DNA from: a virus
Virus record (IMG/VR): IMGVR_UViG_3300037427_004270
Strand: one strand, 5' to 3'
Length of the DNA stretch: 64,000 bases
The notes under the pieces: generated by a model
What the model was told of the DNA's origin: nothing
Seen by the model: only the letters and a program-made list of their open reading frames with translations
Databases searched by the model: none
Program-made: the position numbers and the translations under genes
Shown here: positions 19,306 to 28,127 of the stretch, piece by piece
Numbering within the stretch: the stretch's first letter is position 1
Layout: the number at the start of each line of letters is the position of its first letter

Positions 19306-20298
19306 TTACAACTCCAGAGGAAAAAACCTTTTTGAGATCTCTTTGCTCATATTATTATCGTAGTTTTCTCCAATATTTTGATATTTTATCATTCTATTAT
19401 TATAAGTTAAGAGATAATCCCAAAACAAAACTGCTTCTCTTCTTTGAAAATCAAAGTTATAGTTTGCGCTTATCTTCAACTTCTTGTTTGGCTCGAATGC
19501 GTGAGCGCCTGCATTAATGTTTTCTATCTGCTCTTGTGTCCAGCCATCCCATCCAGCAAATATAACCTTTTTAGCTCCCAAATATGTCGCTAATGTTATC
19601 AGCTTTGGAACAGCTCCCGATGTCAATGATACCCTCTGGTTAAAGAGGAAGCACTTGCACATCTCGTCATAAAATGTCTGGATCATCGACGGGCTTCTAG
19701 ATATAGAGGTATCTATGGCGCAGATAGTGTCGTCTCTCTCTACAACGTCTGCGAACTCTGGTATGTTCATATCAAGCTCTGAGTTAATGTAGCATAGAGA
19801 TATTTCTCTTTCTTTCAGTTCCTTGTTTTTGTAGAATGCGTTACAAGTCCACAAGTAATCTCTTTCTACGTTATCGTAGTCAATCTGAAGTGCGGATGGT
19901 CCTCCGCCGACGATAAGTATTGTGCTGTCTCTGTACTTCTTCAGTTCTTCTAAATTTTCACACCACATGTCGCCAGTTCTAGTGACGCTCTTTTGGGGGT
20001 GTGTTAAGAACGAACGATAAGGTTCCGGTGGCGGGTATCCATGTTTTGCATTTAAAAGAAAGTCTTCTTTTGTTGTTAGCATACTTGCTTCATTAGCGGG
20101 ATACTTTGAAACTATATTGCTATAAGTTTCATCCGGGCCAAAGCACCTTTTGCTTATTTTATCATACCACACATTGTACTCTGGCTCTCTGGCTATTCTT
20201 TTCCTAAATTCAGAGTATGCACCTTGCCACTCGCTTTCAACAAAAAGTTTATCTTCTCTAGAATTGTATATCTGAATACAGTTGTCTATTTCTAACAA
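19306..20298 (-). CDS. GT42/Cst-II-like (Maf-like) nonulosonate transferase candidate (330 aa)
   Basis: LIVGGGPSALQIDY..LWTCNAFY..FNQRVSLTSG..ATYLGAKKVIFAGWDG..HAFE parallels Campylobacter Cst-II (IIAGNGPSLKEIDY..FRCNQFY..FNQRITSG..ALGYKEIYLSGIDF..YAFD; recalled from memory). Confidence 0.65.
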   Translation of the reverse strand: MLEIDNCIQIYNSREDKLFVESEWQGAYSEFRKRIAREPEYNVWYDKISKRCFGPDETYSNIVSKYPANEASMLTTKEDFLLNAKHGYPPPEPYRSFLTHPQKSVTRTGDMWCENLEELKKYRDSTILIVGGGPSALQIDYDNVERDYLWTCNAFYKNKELKEREISLCYINSELDMNIPEFADVVERDDTICAIDTSISRSPSMIQTFYDEMCKCFLFNQRVSLTSGAVPKLITLATYLGAKKVIFAGWDGWTQEQIENINAGAHAFEPNKKLKISANYNFDFQRREAVLFWDYLLTYNNRMIKYQNIGENYDNNMSKEISKRFFPLEL

Positions 20299-20308
20299 AG
20301 CAGGCTCT

Positions 20309-21967
20309 CTATTTCTCTATGATATATTTTCCAACGACCAAGACATCAATGTTTGTACTCATAAAGCATTTGTACGCATCTTCACAGTCGTTTACAATAG
20401 GTTGCCCCTTCACGTTAAATGAAGTATTAAGCAAAATGGGGTATCCAGTTTGCTTGTTGAAAGTCTCTATCAAGGTTCTATATCTCGGGTTAAGTGAGTG
20501 GACAGTCTGTACCCTAGCAGAATTGTCAACATGAATAACTGCACCGATGTCCTCGACTTTATCCTCTCGACATTGGACTGCCCTTAGCATATGAGGGCTA
20601 TCATATCTTATCTCAAACCATTCTCTTGCTTCCTCTGCCAAGACAGAGGGCGCGAAGGGCCGAAAAGCTTCTCTAAATTTAACACGGGCGTTTACATGAT
20701 CTTTTATCGCAGAGGGAAATGGCTTTGCCAAAATACTTCTATTGCCTAAAGCTCTTGGCCCAAACTCAGCGCCACCTTGCACCCACCCTATTATTTTTCC
20801 TTCTTCTAACCTCTGGGAAACCAGTGAGAAAGCTTCATCTGCTTCCACATAGGTTATTTCCTCTCTGTCTAGAAAAGATTTTATTTCTTCGTCTGTTTGA
20901 CGGTGGCCAAGAAAGAAATCGTGATACTTCCCGATCTCTACTTTGCCTCTTCTGGACAAACTCAAATAGGCTGCTCCGATGGAAGTTCCATTGTCTCCGG
21001 ATGCAGGAGGTACGAAGATCTCATCGAAAATGTTCTTGCTTTCTATCTTGCCGTTAAGAGAGCAGTTCAAGCCAACCCCGCCTGAAATGCACAGTTTGTC
21101 CACTTCGTACTCTTTTCGTAACAGTGTCAGTTGCTCTAGAACAATCTCTTCTAGTCTGTCTTGCAGTGCTGCAGCAATGTTCTTATGGTTGTCTGTTATT
21201 TCGTCTTCCCACTTTTTAAGTGGACCAAACATAGAGATAAACTCGTCACTAACAAATTTGTCTCTCTCTTTGTGAAAAGAAAACCATTTTTTATTTATTT
21301 CGATGTCGTATCCATTTACATTGACCATCTCCCTAAAGACATCAATATATCTCTTATCTGTATTTGGAATAGTTTCTCTGCTGTTTCCTAATGGAGCAAG
21401 GCCCATGACAATTCCCTCGTCACACATTGGTTTCCATCCAAGATAAAATGTTATAGCAGAGTAAAAAAGACCCAATGAGTTGGGCCATGGGTTCCCCTTG
21501 TGTATTACTTTTATCTCTCCATTGACGGCCATGGCCATCATGGAGCAGTGGGTTTCTCCAATGCCATCGTTGCTATATAGGAGAGCAGTATCAAAGCCGC
21601 TTGGATAATAAGAACTTGCCACATGACACAAGTGATGGTGATTAAAATCAACGTCACCGTCATATCCAATTTGCTCTTTTAGTATTCTTACATACTCTTT
21701 TTCTGAAGGGAGATCCCTTCTCATTTTTCTTACCTGCCCAGAGGCTTTAAGAAGAATGGAAGGCTTGTAGGAAAAGCTAACAACATCTATATCGGAAATT
21801 TCCAAAGAGGCAATCTTCAAACAATCATTAATTGCATTCTTTGGAAAGTCTCTTGTGTGCTTATCCCCACAGTACCTCTCCTCTTCGCAGGCGGCCACGA
21901 GTTTGCCGTTCTTTAAAAGAGCTGCAGATGTGTCGTGGCCACCATAATTAATTCCTAAAATATTCAT
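20309..21967 (-). CDS. Carbamoyltransferase, NodU/CmcH family (552 aa)
   Basis: ILGINYGGHDTSAALL..EEERY..KH, HHHLCH, SLGLFYS, SGGVGLNC, EFGPRALGNRSIL, REAFRPFAP, LNTSFNVKGQPIV. Confidence 0.95.
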   Translation of the reverse strand: MNILGINYGGHDTSAALLKNGKLVAACEEERYCGDKHTRDFPKNAINDCLKIASLEISDIDVVSFSYKPSILLKASGQVRKMRRDLPSEKEYVRILKEQIGYDGDVDFNHHHLCHVASSYYPSGFDTALLYSNDGIGETHCSMMAMAVNGEIKVIHKGNPWPNSLGLFYSAITFYLGWKPMCDEGIVMGLAPLGNSRETIPNTDKRYIDVFREMVNVNGYDIEINKKWFSFHKERDKFVSDEFISMFGPLKKWEDEITDNHKNIAAALQDRLEEIVLEQLTLLRKEYEVDKLCISGGVGLNCSLNGKIESKNIFDEIFVPPASGDNGTSIGAAYLSLSRRGKVEIGKYHDFFLGHRQTDEEIKSFLDREEITYVEADEAFSLVSQRLEEGKIIGWVQGGAEFGPRALGNRSILAKPFPSAIKDHVNARVKFREAFRPFAPSVLAEEAREWFEIRYDSPHMLRAVQCREDKVEDIGAVIHVDNSARVQTVHSLNPRYRTLIETFNKQTGYPILLNTSFNVKGQPIVNDCEDAYKCFMSTNIDVLVVGKYIIEK

Positions 21968-21977
21968 GTTTACCTTT

Positions 21978-22859
21978 TTACACTACCATAACATTAGGGG
22001 TAAAGTATCTAAGTTTGTTTGCGACCTCAACTTCGTGCTTTAAGAAGTGTTTCTGGCCAGTGCCAAGGGTGTTTACGACTTGTCTGGAAACATCTACCAA
22101 CTCTTTAAGTTCGCCCTCCTCAATAGAGGCAGATTGGTCCGAACCATACATGCTTCTGTCCAGCGTGATGTGCCGCTCTAATGCTTTAGCGCCATAGGCG
22201 ACTGCCAAGATAGACGGAAATATTCCTTGTTCGTGACCGCTGTATCCCACAGGGACGTTGTACTTTTCTGCAAGAGTTTTAACTGCCAAAATATTGCAGT
22301 CTTCATTTTTGCAAGGGTAGGTAGAAACACAGTGAAGCAAAGTAAACTCGCACTCATGTGAGTTAAAGATCATCATTGCTTTCTCGATGTCAGAAGAATT
22401 GCACATCCCTGTCGAGATAAACGTGTGCTTTTTCTCTGAAGCTATCTCATTTAAAAGTTCTTCGTATGTCAACATGGCCGAGGCCACTTTGTTAAAAGAC
22501 ACATCGTATTGTCTCAAGAAGTGTTGGCTCTTTATGTCCCATGCCGATGCAGTCCATAAGATACCTTTTTCTTTACAATATTCAGAGATCTGATCATACT
22601 CTTCTTTTCCGAATTCTAAGCCTTCTTTTTGATCTCTCTGTGTAGTCCCCCAGGGAGACTGTCTACTGGATTTTAAATATTCCTGTGTGTAAACAGTATC
22701 AATATCTCTTTTCTGAAACTTGACTGCTTGGCATCCCGAACGTACTGCCGCATCTATCAACTTCTTTGCAACCTCAATATCACCATTGTGGTTGATGCCG
22801 ATCTCGGCAATAAAAAATGGATTATTGACTGTCTTTTCATATGGATTAAATTTGCTCAT
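21978..22859 (-). CDS. neuB: Nonulosonate synthase, short form without SAF/antifreeze domain (293 aa)
   Basis: FIAEIGINHNGD..AVKFQKR, KVASA, ISTGM, LHCVSTYP, VGYSGHE, ERHITLDR..GSD. Confidence 0.92.
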   Translation of the reverse strand: MSKFNPYEKTVNNPFFIAEIGINHNGDIEVAKKLIDAAVRSGCQAVKFQKRDIDTVYTQEYLKSSRQSPWGTTQRDQKEGLEFGKEEYDQISEYCKEKGILWTASAWDIKSQHFLRQYDVSFNKVASAMLTYEELLNEIASEKKHTFISTGMCNSSDIEKAMMIFNSHECEFTLLHCVSTYPCKNEDCNILAVKTLAEKYNVPVGYSGHEQGIFPSILAVAYGAKALERHITLDRSMYGSDQSASIEEGELKELVDVSRQVVNTLGTGQKHFLKHEVEVANKLRYFTPNVMVV

Positions 22860-22873
22860 TCTTATTTTTCCTT

Positions 22874-23686
22874 TTATAATTCTTTAAACGGAAGAACCCT
22901 GTTTAAATATGACATATTGTCGGGTGCACTTGTGTAAATGTTCATCCCATGCAACTCCTTCCATTGTAACCACTTTTTCAAAATATTTAAAGGTATTTCC
23001 AAACTTTTTTCCATTTCGCCATTTTGAGACTCATCTGACCAAGGGTGCCTGTCGTCGTCGTTATAAAATCTAGGGCCAAACATATCAAAACCTAATATGC
23101 AAATCTCCTTTGCGCCCAGTGCATAGCAGATGGGAAAGACAGCACTACTAAGCTTGTTTTCAAGTCCCCACTTGTATTGTAAGCCGATAACAGATTCGCT
23201 ATCAAATTCTATAGAACCCACTATAGTTTCAGGGTGCATAAATCTGTAATATGCGCCTTCTGTAAAGATATCTTCTTCTGGAAAACTCTTAGAGTTGTTT
23301 TTAATATATTTTGTAGTAGTACACTTCACTTCCTCTATATTATATTTTTCCGAAACTTTCTCTATGAGTTCCTCAAACATTTTCCACCCTCCTGGAATTC
23401 TCATTAGAGGTGTAGTGCCGCAGTATCTTCTGTATTCGGGAAACCCTTGTTTGAAGAATGATGGTATAATGATTCTCATGTCGGAGAATTCTTGTGTTTC
23501 GTTTTTCAACAAATATTCAAAACCCTCCACATAAGCAAACGGGTCTGCACTAAACCATATATCCGGAACGATACCTAGTCTTTCGTGACAGTGGGGAAAG
23601 GTTCTTTGGAAGGCCATTATTTTTTCCCCGTCTTTTTTCTTTGCCAGTTTTGTACTAAGGCCTGGTCCTATCACTAATATGTTCAT
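22874..23686 (-). CDS. Second Maf/GT42-like transferase candidate (270 aa)
   Basis: ILVIGPGLS, PDIWFSAD, CYALGAKEICILGFDMFG. Confidence 0.5.
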   Translation of the reverse strand: MNILVIGPGLSTKLAKKKDGEKIMAFQRTFPHCHERLGIVPDIWFSADPFAYVEGFEYLLKNETQEFSDMRIIIPSFFKQGFPEYRRYCGTTPLMRIPGGWKMFEELIEKVSEKYNIEEVKCTTTKYIKNNSKSFPEEDIFTEGAYYRFMHPETIVGSIEFDSESVIGLQYKWGLENKLSSAVFPICYALGAKEICILGFDMFGPRFYNDDDRHPWSDESQNGEMEKSLEIPLNILKKWLQWKELHGMNIYTSAPDNMSYLNRVLPFKEL

Positions 23687-24369
23687 CGTTCTTCATCTTT
23701 CTTTTTCTTGTAGAGTGACTCGCACAATTCAAACTGCCATTCGTAGTCTACGTCTAGCGCCTCTTTTTCTTCCATGGTCCACAGTTTGACGTCACCCTGC
23801 TTTGTGAGATCGCCCATCCAGATGTCGTTACCAATATCCTCTATAGAGCCAGCATACAGACAGTGGGCTGCTTCTCTAACTGGGGCTGCTGACTTTGTAT
23901 TCATATTTTCTGAAAATGGTGTCAACAGCTTTCCATCTTCTTGCCAAAAATAGTTTTTCTTTTCTAGGACAGCAAACATGCCATTCTTATCGGTGCTCAA
24001 GTAGTCGCTGTAAAAACGCTCTATTGTGGACGTATTAAGAAATGGGCAGCATGCACTAACCATGACAATGTTTTTGAAGGGTATCTTGTCCCACCATTCA
24101 AAAATTTCTGTTATCGGATCTCCTTCAGAGTTCGCAGACTTCTCACTTCGACGAAAGATATTGACAGGATATTGTTTTACCTTTTCAAGCAACTCCTCTT
24201 CGTATACCGAACAATAGATATTTTCGTTTGGTATATTAGATGATACCAGTTTCTCTAAAAGAATGTCCATGAGAGTCGTATCGTGAAATTTTCTAGTCAT
24301 CTTTCCTGGGCATCTCTGAGAAGAAAGTCTTGCTTGTACCATGAGTGCCACTTCCTTTTTCTTTTTCAA
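23683..24369 (-). CDS. NeuA/SpsF-like cytidylyltransferase, paralogue 3 (228 aa)
   Basis: VQARLSSQRCPGKMTRKF, CCPFL, LDVDYEWQF; clearly paralogous to 18259-18957. Confidence 0.8.
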   Translation of the reverse strand: MKKKKEVALMVQARLSSQRCPGKMTRKFHDTTLMDILLEKLVSSNIPNENIYCSVYEEELLEKVKQYPVNIFRRSEKSANSEGDPITEIFEWWDKIPFKNIVMVSACCPFLNTSTIERFYSDYLSTDKNGMFAVLEKKNYFWQEDGKLLTPFSENMNTKSAAPVREAAHCLYAGSIEDIGNDIWMGDLTKQGDVKLWTMEEKEALDVDYEWQFELCESLYKKKKDEER

Positions 24370-25139
24370 GTCTCTCCTCCTGCATCGTTTTCCGACAGTT
24401 CTTCCAATAGTTCATTTACAATTCTGTCGCACTCTTTTATATCTTTGAAGATCTCTCTTGCTCTGTCTGGTGCTAGCTCGAAACACAACCTGACTGCATC
24501 CATCCAGTTTACGTTGTTTCTCTCTCTTATCTTCTGCACGTCGTCAATTATATCTTTATCTGTTCTTTCCTTCAGAAAACCGTCTATAGAGGAAACCTGA
24601 GTGTTCCAGCCATCTTTCTCTAACAAATGCATGTGTGGTTCTTTGTGCTTCATTCTATGGGTATTACCCTCGCTGATATCTTGTTTCATTCTTTTATATT
24701 TTCTTTTCTTTATGTAATACCATTTTTCAATAAACAAATTAATAAGATTATCATTAAGTTTCTGATAGGAGGAAGACAGTGTATCACTTTTATTAAAAGA
24801 CACTTCTCTTTGAAAAATTACATCCCCAGTGTCAACGCCTGCATCGACATGGTGGATAGTCACCCCTTTTGGGGTTCCCTCAAGAAAGCTCCACAAGTTA
24901 GGGTCAGAACCCCTGTTCCAAGGCAACATAGAGATATGAAGGTTGATAATATTATCCCCAGACTCATCAATTATATTTTGCTTTATGATGTGCCTATATC
25001 TGTAACTTATGCATAGTTCTATGTTATTTTCAGTAATGAACCCTGGCTCTATCTTTTCTGAGGTGTAAACAACTTCGTTGCCTTCTTCTAAAAAGTCTTT
25101 CAGTTCGTATGGCTCTACTCCAAGATACAAAATTTTCAT
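24366..25139 (-). CDS. N10-formyl-THF-dependent (sugar) N-formyltransferase with an extra C-terminal helical domain (257 aa)
   Basis: SYRYRHII, INLHISMLPWNRG, GVTIHHVDAGVDTGDVI. Confidence 0.85.
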   Translation of the reverse strand: MKILYLGVEPYELKDFLEEGNEVVYTSEKIEPGFITENNIELCISYRYRHIIKQNIIDESGDNIINLHISMLPWNRGSDPNLWSFLEGTPKGVTIHHVDAGVDTGDVIFQREVSFNKSDTLSSSYQKLNDNLINLFIEKWYYIKKRKYKRMKQDISEGNTHRMKHKEPHMHLLEKDGWNTQVSSIDGFLKERTDKDIIDDVQKIRERNNVNWMDAVRLCFELAPDRAREIFKDIKECDRIVNELLEELSENDAGGET

Positions 25140-26140
25140 TATCCCAGATCCTCTCTTCTGATTACGGTTCCCGGTGCTATATCTCTGAGTGTCTTACTTC
25201 CGATGATCTCCCTATAGGAGCTAGCAGGAACAGCCCCTTCAAGAAATGGGCGACTTGTGGTTATATTTTCCTGTGTAAGTTCTTGACCTTTTTTTATTTC
25301 TTCTTTGGAAATAACAGAACGTCTTGCCATTTTAAAATCTTTTTCTGAGTCGGTATATTCCGACTTCTTTCTTTTCAGAGAAAGTTCTGCCAAGGAAATC
25401 TCTTCGTTCATCTTCTTTAAATCATTCGGCTCCATAGCAAACGGATGATCAGGGCCTGGTAGTTTATTAGAAATTGTAAAGTGCTTTTCTATTGTTGTTG
25501 CCCCTACCATAACTGCTAAGGCAGGAGTTATGGTGCTCATTGTATGATCAGACAAACCCACCTTCACTCCCTGTTTACCATACTTTTCTAGTATGTCCTT
25601 TACCATCAACAGGTTTATATCTTCCTGGGGTGTTGGATATGCATTGTTACAATGGAGAATTGTTATGTCGTAGTTGTCTTGCTTATGACATGTGTCTATT
25701 ATTTCTTGAATAAAGTCTATGTGACAGCCTATACCTGCAGATATAATAAGCGGCAATTTTGTTGCTGCCACCATTTCAACAAAGCGCAAGTCTGTTGATT
25801 CAAAGCCAGCAATCTTCATCCTCTTTACGCCAACATCGCAAAGTTGCTGAATGGCTTCTTCGTCAAATGGTGTTGCCATAAACTCTATGTTCTTTTTATC
25901 ACAATATTCTTTTATTTTAGGAACCCACTCTCTCGGCAGCTCAAGCGTTTTCATGAGGGCGTTTATGTCCCCATAGCCTGCAAAGTTTGGTGTGTTTTCT
26001 GCATATAAAGTTTTTGAAGAAAATATTTGAAACTTTACTGCTTGTGCGCCAGACTCTTTGGCCACGTCCACAAGAGCATATGCCTGTTCGAGACTCTTAT
26101 TGTGATTTGAGCCTGCTTCTGCGATAACAAAAGTATTCAT
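25139..26140 (-). CDS. neuB: Nonulosonate synthase with SAF domain (PseI/NeuB-like), 333 aa
   Basis: VIAEAGSNHN..AVKFQ, LHCNNAYPTP, GLSDHT, IEKHFT..GPDH, and C-terminal RRSVI..KKGQELT SAF domain. Confidence 0.93.
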   Translation of the reverse strand: MNTFVIAEAGSNHNKSLEQAYALVDVAKESGAQAVKFQIFSSKTLYAENTPNFAGYGDINALMKTLELPREWVPKIKEYCDKKNIEFMATPFDEEAIQQLCDVGVKRMKIAGFESTDLRFVEMVAATKLPLIISAGIGCHIDFIQEIIDTCHKQDNYDITILHCNNAYPTPQEDINLLMVKDILEKYGKQGVKVGLSDHTMSTITPALAVMVGATTIEKHFTISNKLPGPDHPFAMEPNDLKKMNEEISLAELSLKRKKSEYTDSEKDFKMARRSVISKEEIKKGQELTQENITTSRPFLEGAVPASSYREIIGSKTLRDIAPGTVIRREDLG

Positions 26141-27141
26141 AGTACAGATATTATATATTCAATCTGCTCTTTTGTTAAGTTATGGTGTATGGGGAAGTTC
26201 ACTATCTTTGGATGAACTTTCTCTGCATTGATCAATATTGTTCTCTGCTTCATCGCCGTCGTCTTGTGGAGAAGTGGGTACAACCTAGATGTGTTAAGTT
26301 TTTTCATTATATCTTCTGAGTTCTCTCTCAGTGCTGAACCGATGTAGTAAGAAGAATTTGGAGAATGCTGAACCAAGGGTTTATCCACCATTTCGGAAAT
26401 ATACTCGTAGTTTTCTTTTCTCCTCTCGCGGAGTTCTTCATATACTCTCATACTTTCCAGGCCAAAGGTTGCATTCAAGTTGTTCATATAAAACTTAAAG
26501 CCATTCATAACTATGTCGTAGGTATTTCCAGCATTTTTTCTACCAAAGTTTCTAAAAGAACGAAAATACTCAGAGGCGGAATCGTGGTTTGTGGAAATCA
26601 TCCCTCCGTCGGATGTGCATATCGGCTTCATTGGATGAAAGGAAAAGAACGAAAAGTCACACTCTAAACTTGGTGTAACGCAGTGGGCAGAGTCTACAAC
26701 AACTATTTCATCACCCACCAGGTTCCATCCCTTTATGTTATCAACTCCACCGTATAATACAGGCATGACAACCTTGGGGTTGACTGAGTTTGTGTTTCTT
26801 CTCTTTATTCTATAATCTTTACAGTCGAACTGTAGCTCTTTTGTTATGTCCACATAGTGAACTGTGTGTCCGACGTGTTTAGCTGCCCAAGCAGGAGATA
26901 TAAATCCCAGGGTTGTGGTGTAGACCTCGCAGGGACCATACTGTTCATAGAGGTAATAAAAGATCATGAAGGCGGCTGCACTAGCAGAGTTAGTGGCTAT
27001 ATTGTTTTTCTTTTGCGAGAAGCTCTTAAACTTGTTCTCAAACTCAACAACATTGGGGCCAAAGCCCAAGTTTCCACTCTCGATGGTCTTTGATATTTTA
27101 TCGTAACTATCTCTGAGGAAAAATGGTTCGTATATCTTCAT
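26137..27141 (-). CDS. pseC: DegT/DnrJ/EryC1/StrS PLP-dependent sugar aminotransferase (PseC-like), 334 aa
   Basis: TNSASAA, VDSAH, FSFHPMKPICTSDGGMI (PLP lysine); adjacent to PseB-like gene. Confidence 0.8.
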   Translation of the reverse strand: MKIYEPFFLRDSYDKISKTIESGNLGFGPNVVEFENKFKSFSQKKNNIATNSASAAAFMIFYYLYEQYGPCEVYTTTLGFISPAWAAKHVGHTVHYVDITKELQFDCKDYRIKRRNTNSVNPKVVMPVLYGGVDNIKGWNLVGDEIVVVDSAHCVTPSLECDFSFFSFHPMKPICTSDGGMISTNHDSASEYFRSFRNFGRKNAGNTYDIVMNGFKFYMNNLNATFGLESMRVYEELRERRKENYEYISEMVDKPLVQHSPNSSYYIGSALRENSEDIMKKLNTSRLYPLLHKTTAMKQRTILINAEKVHPKIVNFPIHHNLTKEQIEYIISVL

Positions 27142-28127
27142 TAGCTGCTCTCTTTGGTTCCCCTAGAGATAAGTTCCAGCAGAACATTAACATCGTCGCT
27201 CATGTGAAGAGATGAATTGAATTCAGTTCCTTCATATTTCTTCCACTTGGCCCTGTTCGTTCTTTTCGTATATTGTGGTCTAACACAAAGAAGGTTTAGG
27301 TTTGCCACTTCGTAAGTAAACGGCAGTTCTGTTTCCGCCAACATATCTTCGTGAAGCTTTTCTCCTGGTCTTAGTCCTACTATTTCCTTCTCGAAAGAAG
27401 AACCATGAAGTTTTTCGATTGCCTTCAGGATAGTTTCCATTCCATATGATTTAATCTTCGGAATAAAGACCTCGCCACCTTCACTAGCCTCGACTGCGTT
27501 CAGGACCGTATCTACGGCATCCTCAAGCGTAAACAAGAACCTACTCATATCCAGAGAGGTAACTTTTATTTTCTCGTTAGAAGCGAGCAGAGAGAGCCAC
27601 AGGGGTATAAATGAACCACGGCTAGCTATAACATTACCATACCGGACAGAAGAGAACACAGTTTCCGTGGAATGATAGTCATAATTGGTAAAGAAACGCT
27701 CTGCAATAAATTTAGAAGAACCATATACATTAACCGGAAGACATGCTTTGTCGGTGGATACAAGAACACACTTCTTTATATCATTTAAAAGTGCGGCTTT
27801 TGCAACATTCTCAGAACCAAGTACATTGGTATTGACACATTCATCTGGGTGGAATTCCATATCGTCTATTCTCTTTAATGCAGCAGTGTGGATGATAAGG
27901 TCTGGTTTTGTTCTTTTTAGGGTAACATTAAATTTGTCAAAGTCTCTAATATCCCCGATAACACAGTGAACCGAGCTACCGCCATAAATTAATGCTTGCT
28001 TTCCCTCATCCCTAGAAAAGATGATGATCTGGTTTCCTTGTTTTACCAGCCTTTTTGTCAGTGCTTTTCCTAGTGAGCCTGTCCCCCCTGTTATTAGGAT
28101 CTTTTTTCCCGTTATGTTTTTGTGCAT
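27141..28127 (-). CDS. pseB: UDP-GlcNAc 4,6-dehydratase (PseB/FlaA1-like SDR), 328 aa
   Basis: ITGGTGSLG, FSRDEGKQ, HTAALK, STDKACLPVNVYGSSK, VRYGNVIASRGS, RPGEKLHE. Confidence 0.85.
   Translation of the reverse strand: MHKNITGKKILITGGTGSLGKALTKRLVKQGNQIIIFSRDEGKQALIYGGSSVHCVIGDIRDFDKFNVTLKRTKPDLIIHTAALKRIDDMEFHPDECVNTNVLGSENVAKAALLNDIKKCVLVSTDKACLPVNVYGSSKFIAERFFTNYDYHSTETVFSSVRYGNVIASRGSFIPLWLSLLASNEKIKVTSLDMSRFLFTLEDAVDTVLNAVEASEGGEVFIPKIKSYGMETILKAIEKLHGSSFEKEIVGLRPGEKLHEDMLAETELPFTYEVANLNLLCVRPQYTKRTNRAKWKKYEGTEFNSSLHMSDDVNVLLELISRGTKESS

Noticed and set aside
24366-25139. Methionyl-tRNA formyltransferase (fmt)
   Set aside because: Lacks the Fmt C-terminal domain and sits among nonulosonate genes; a sugar N-formyltransferase is more likely.
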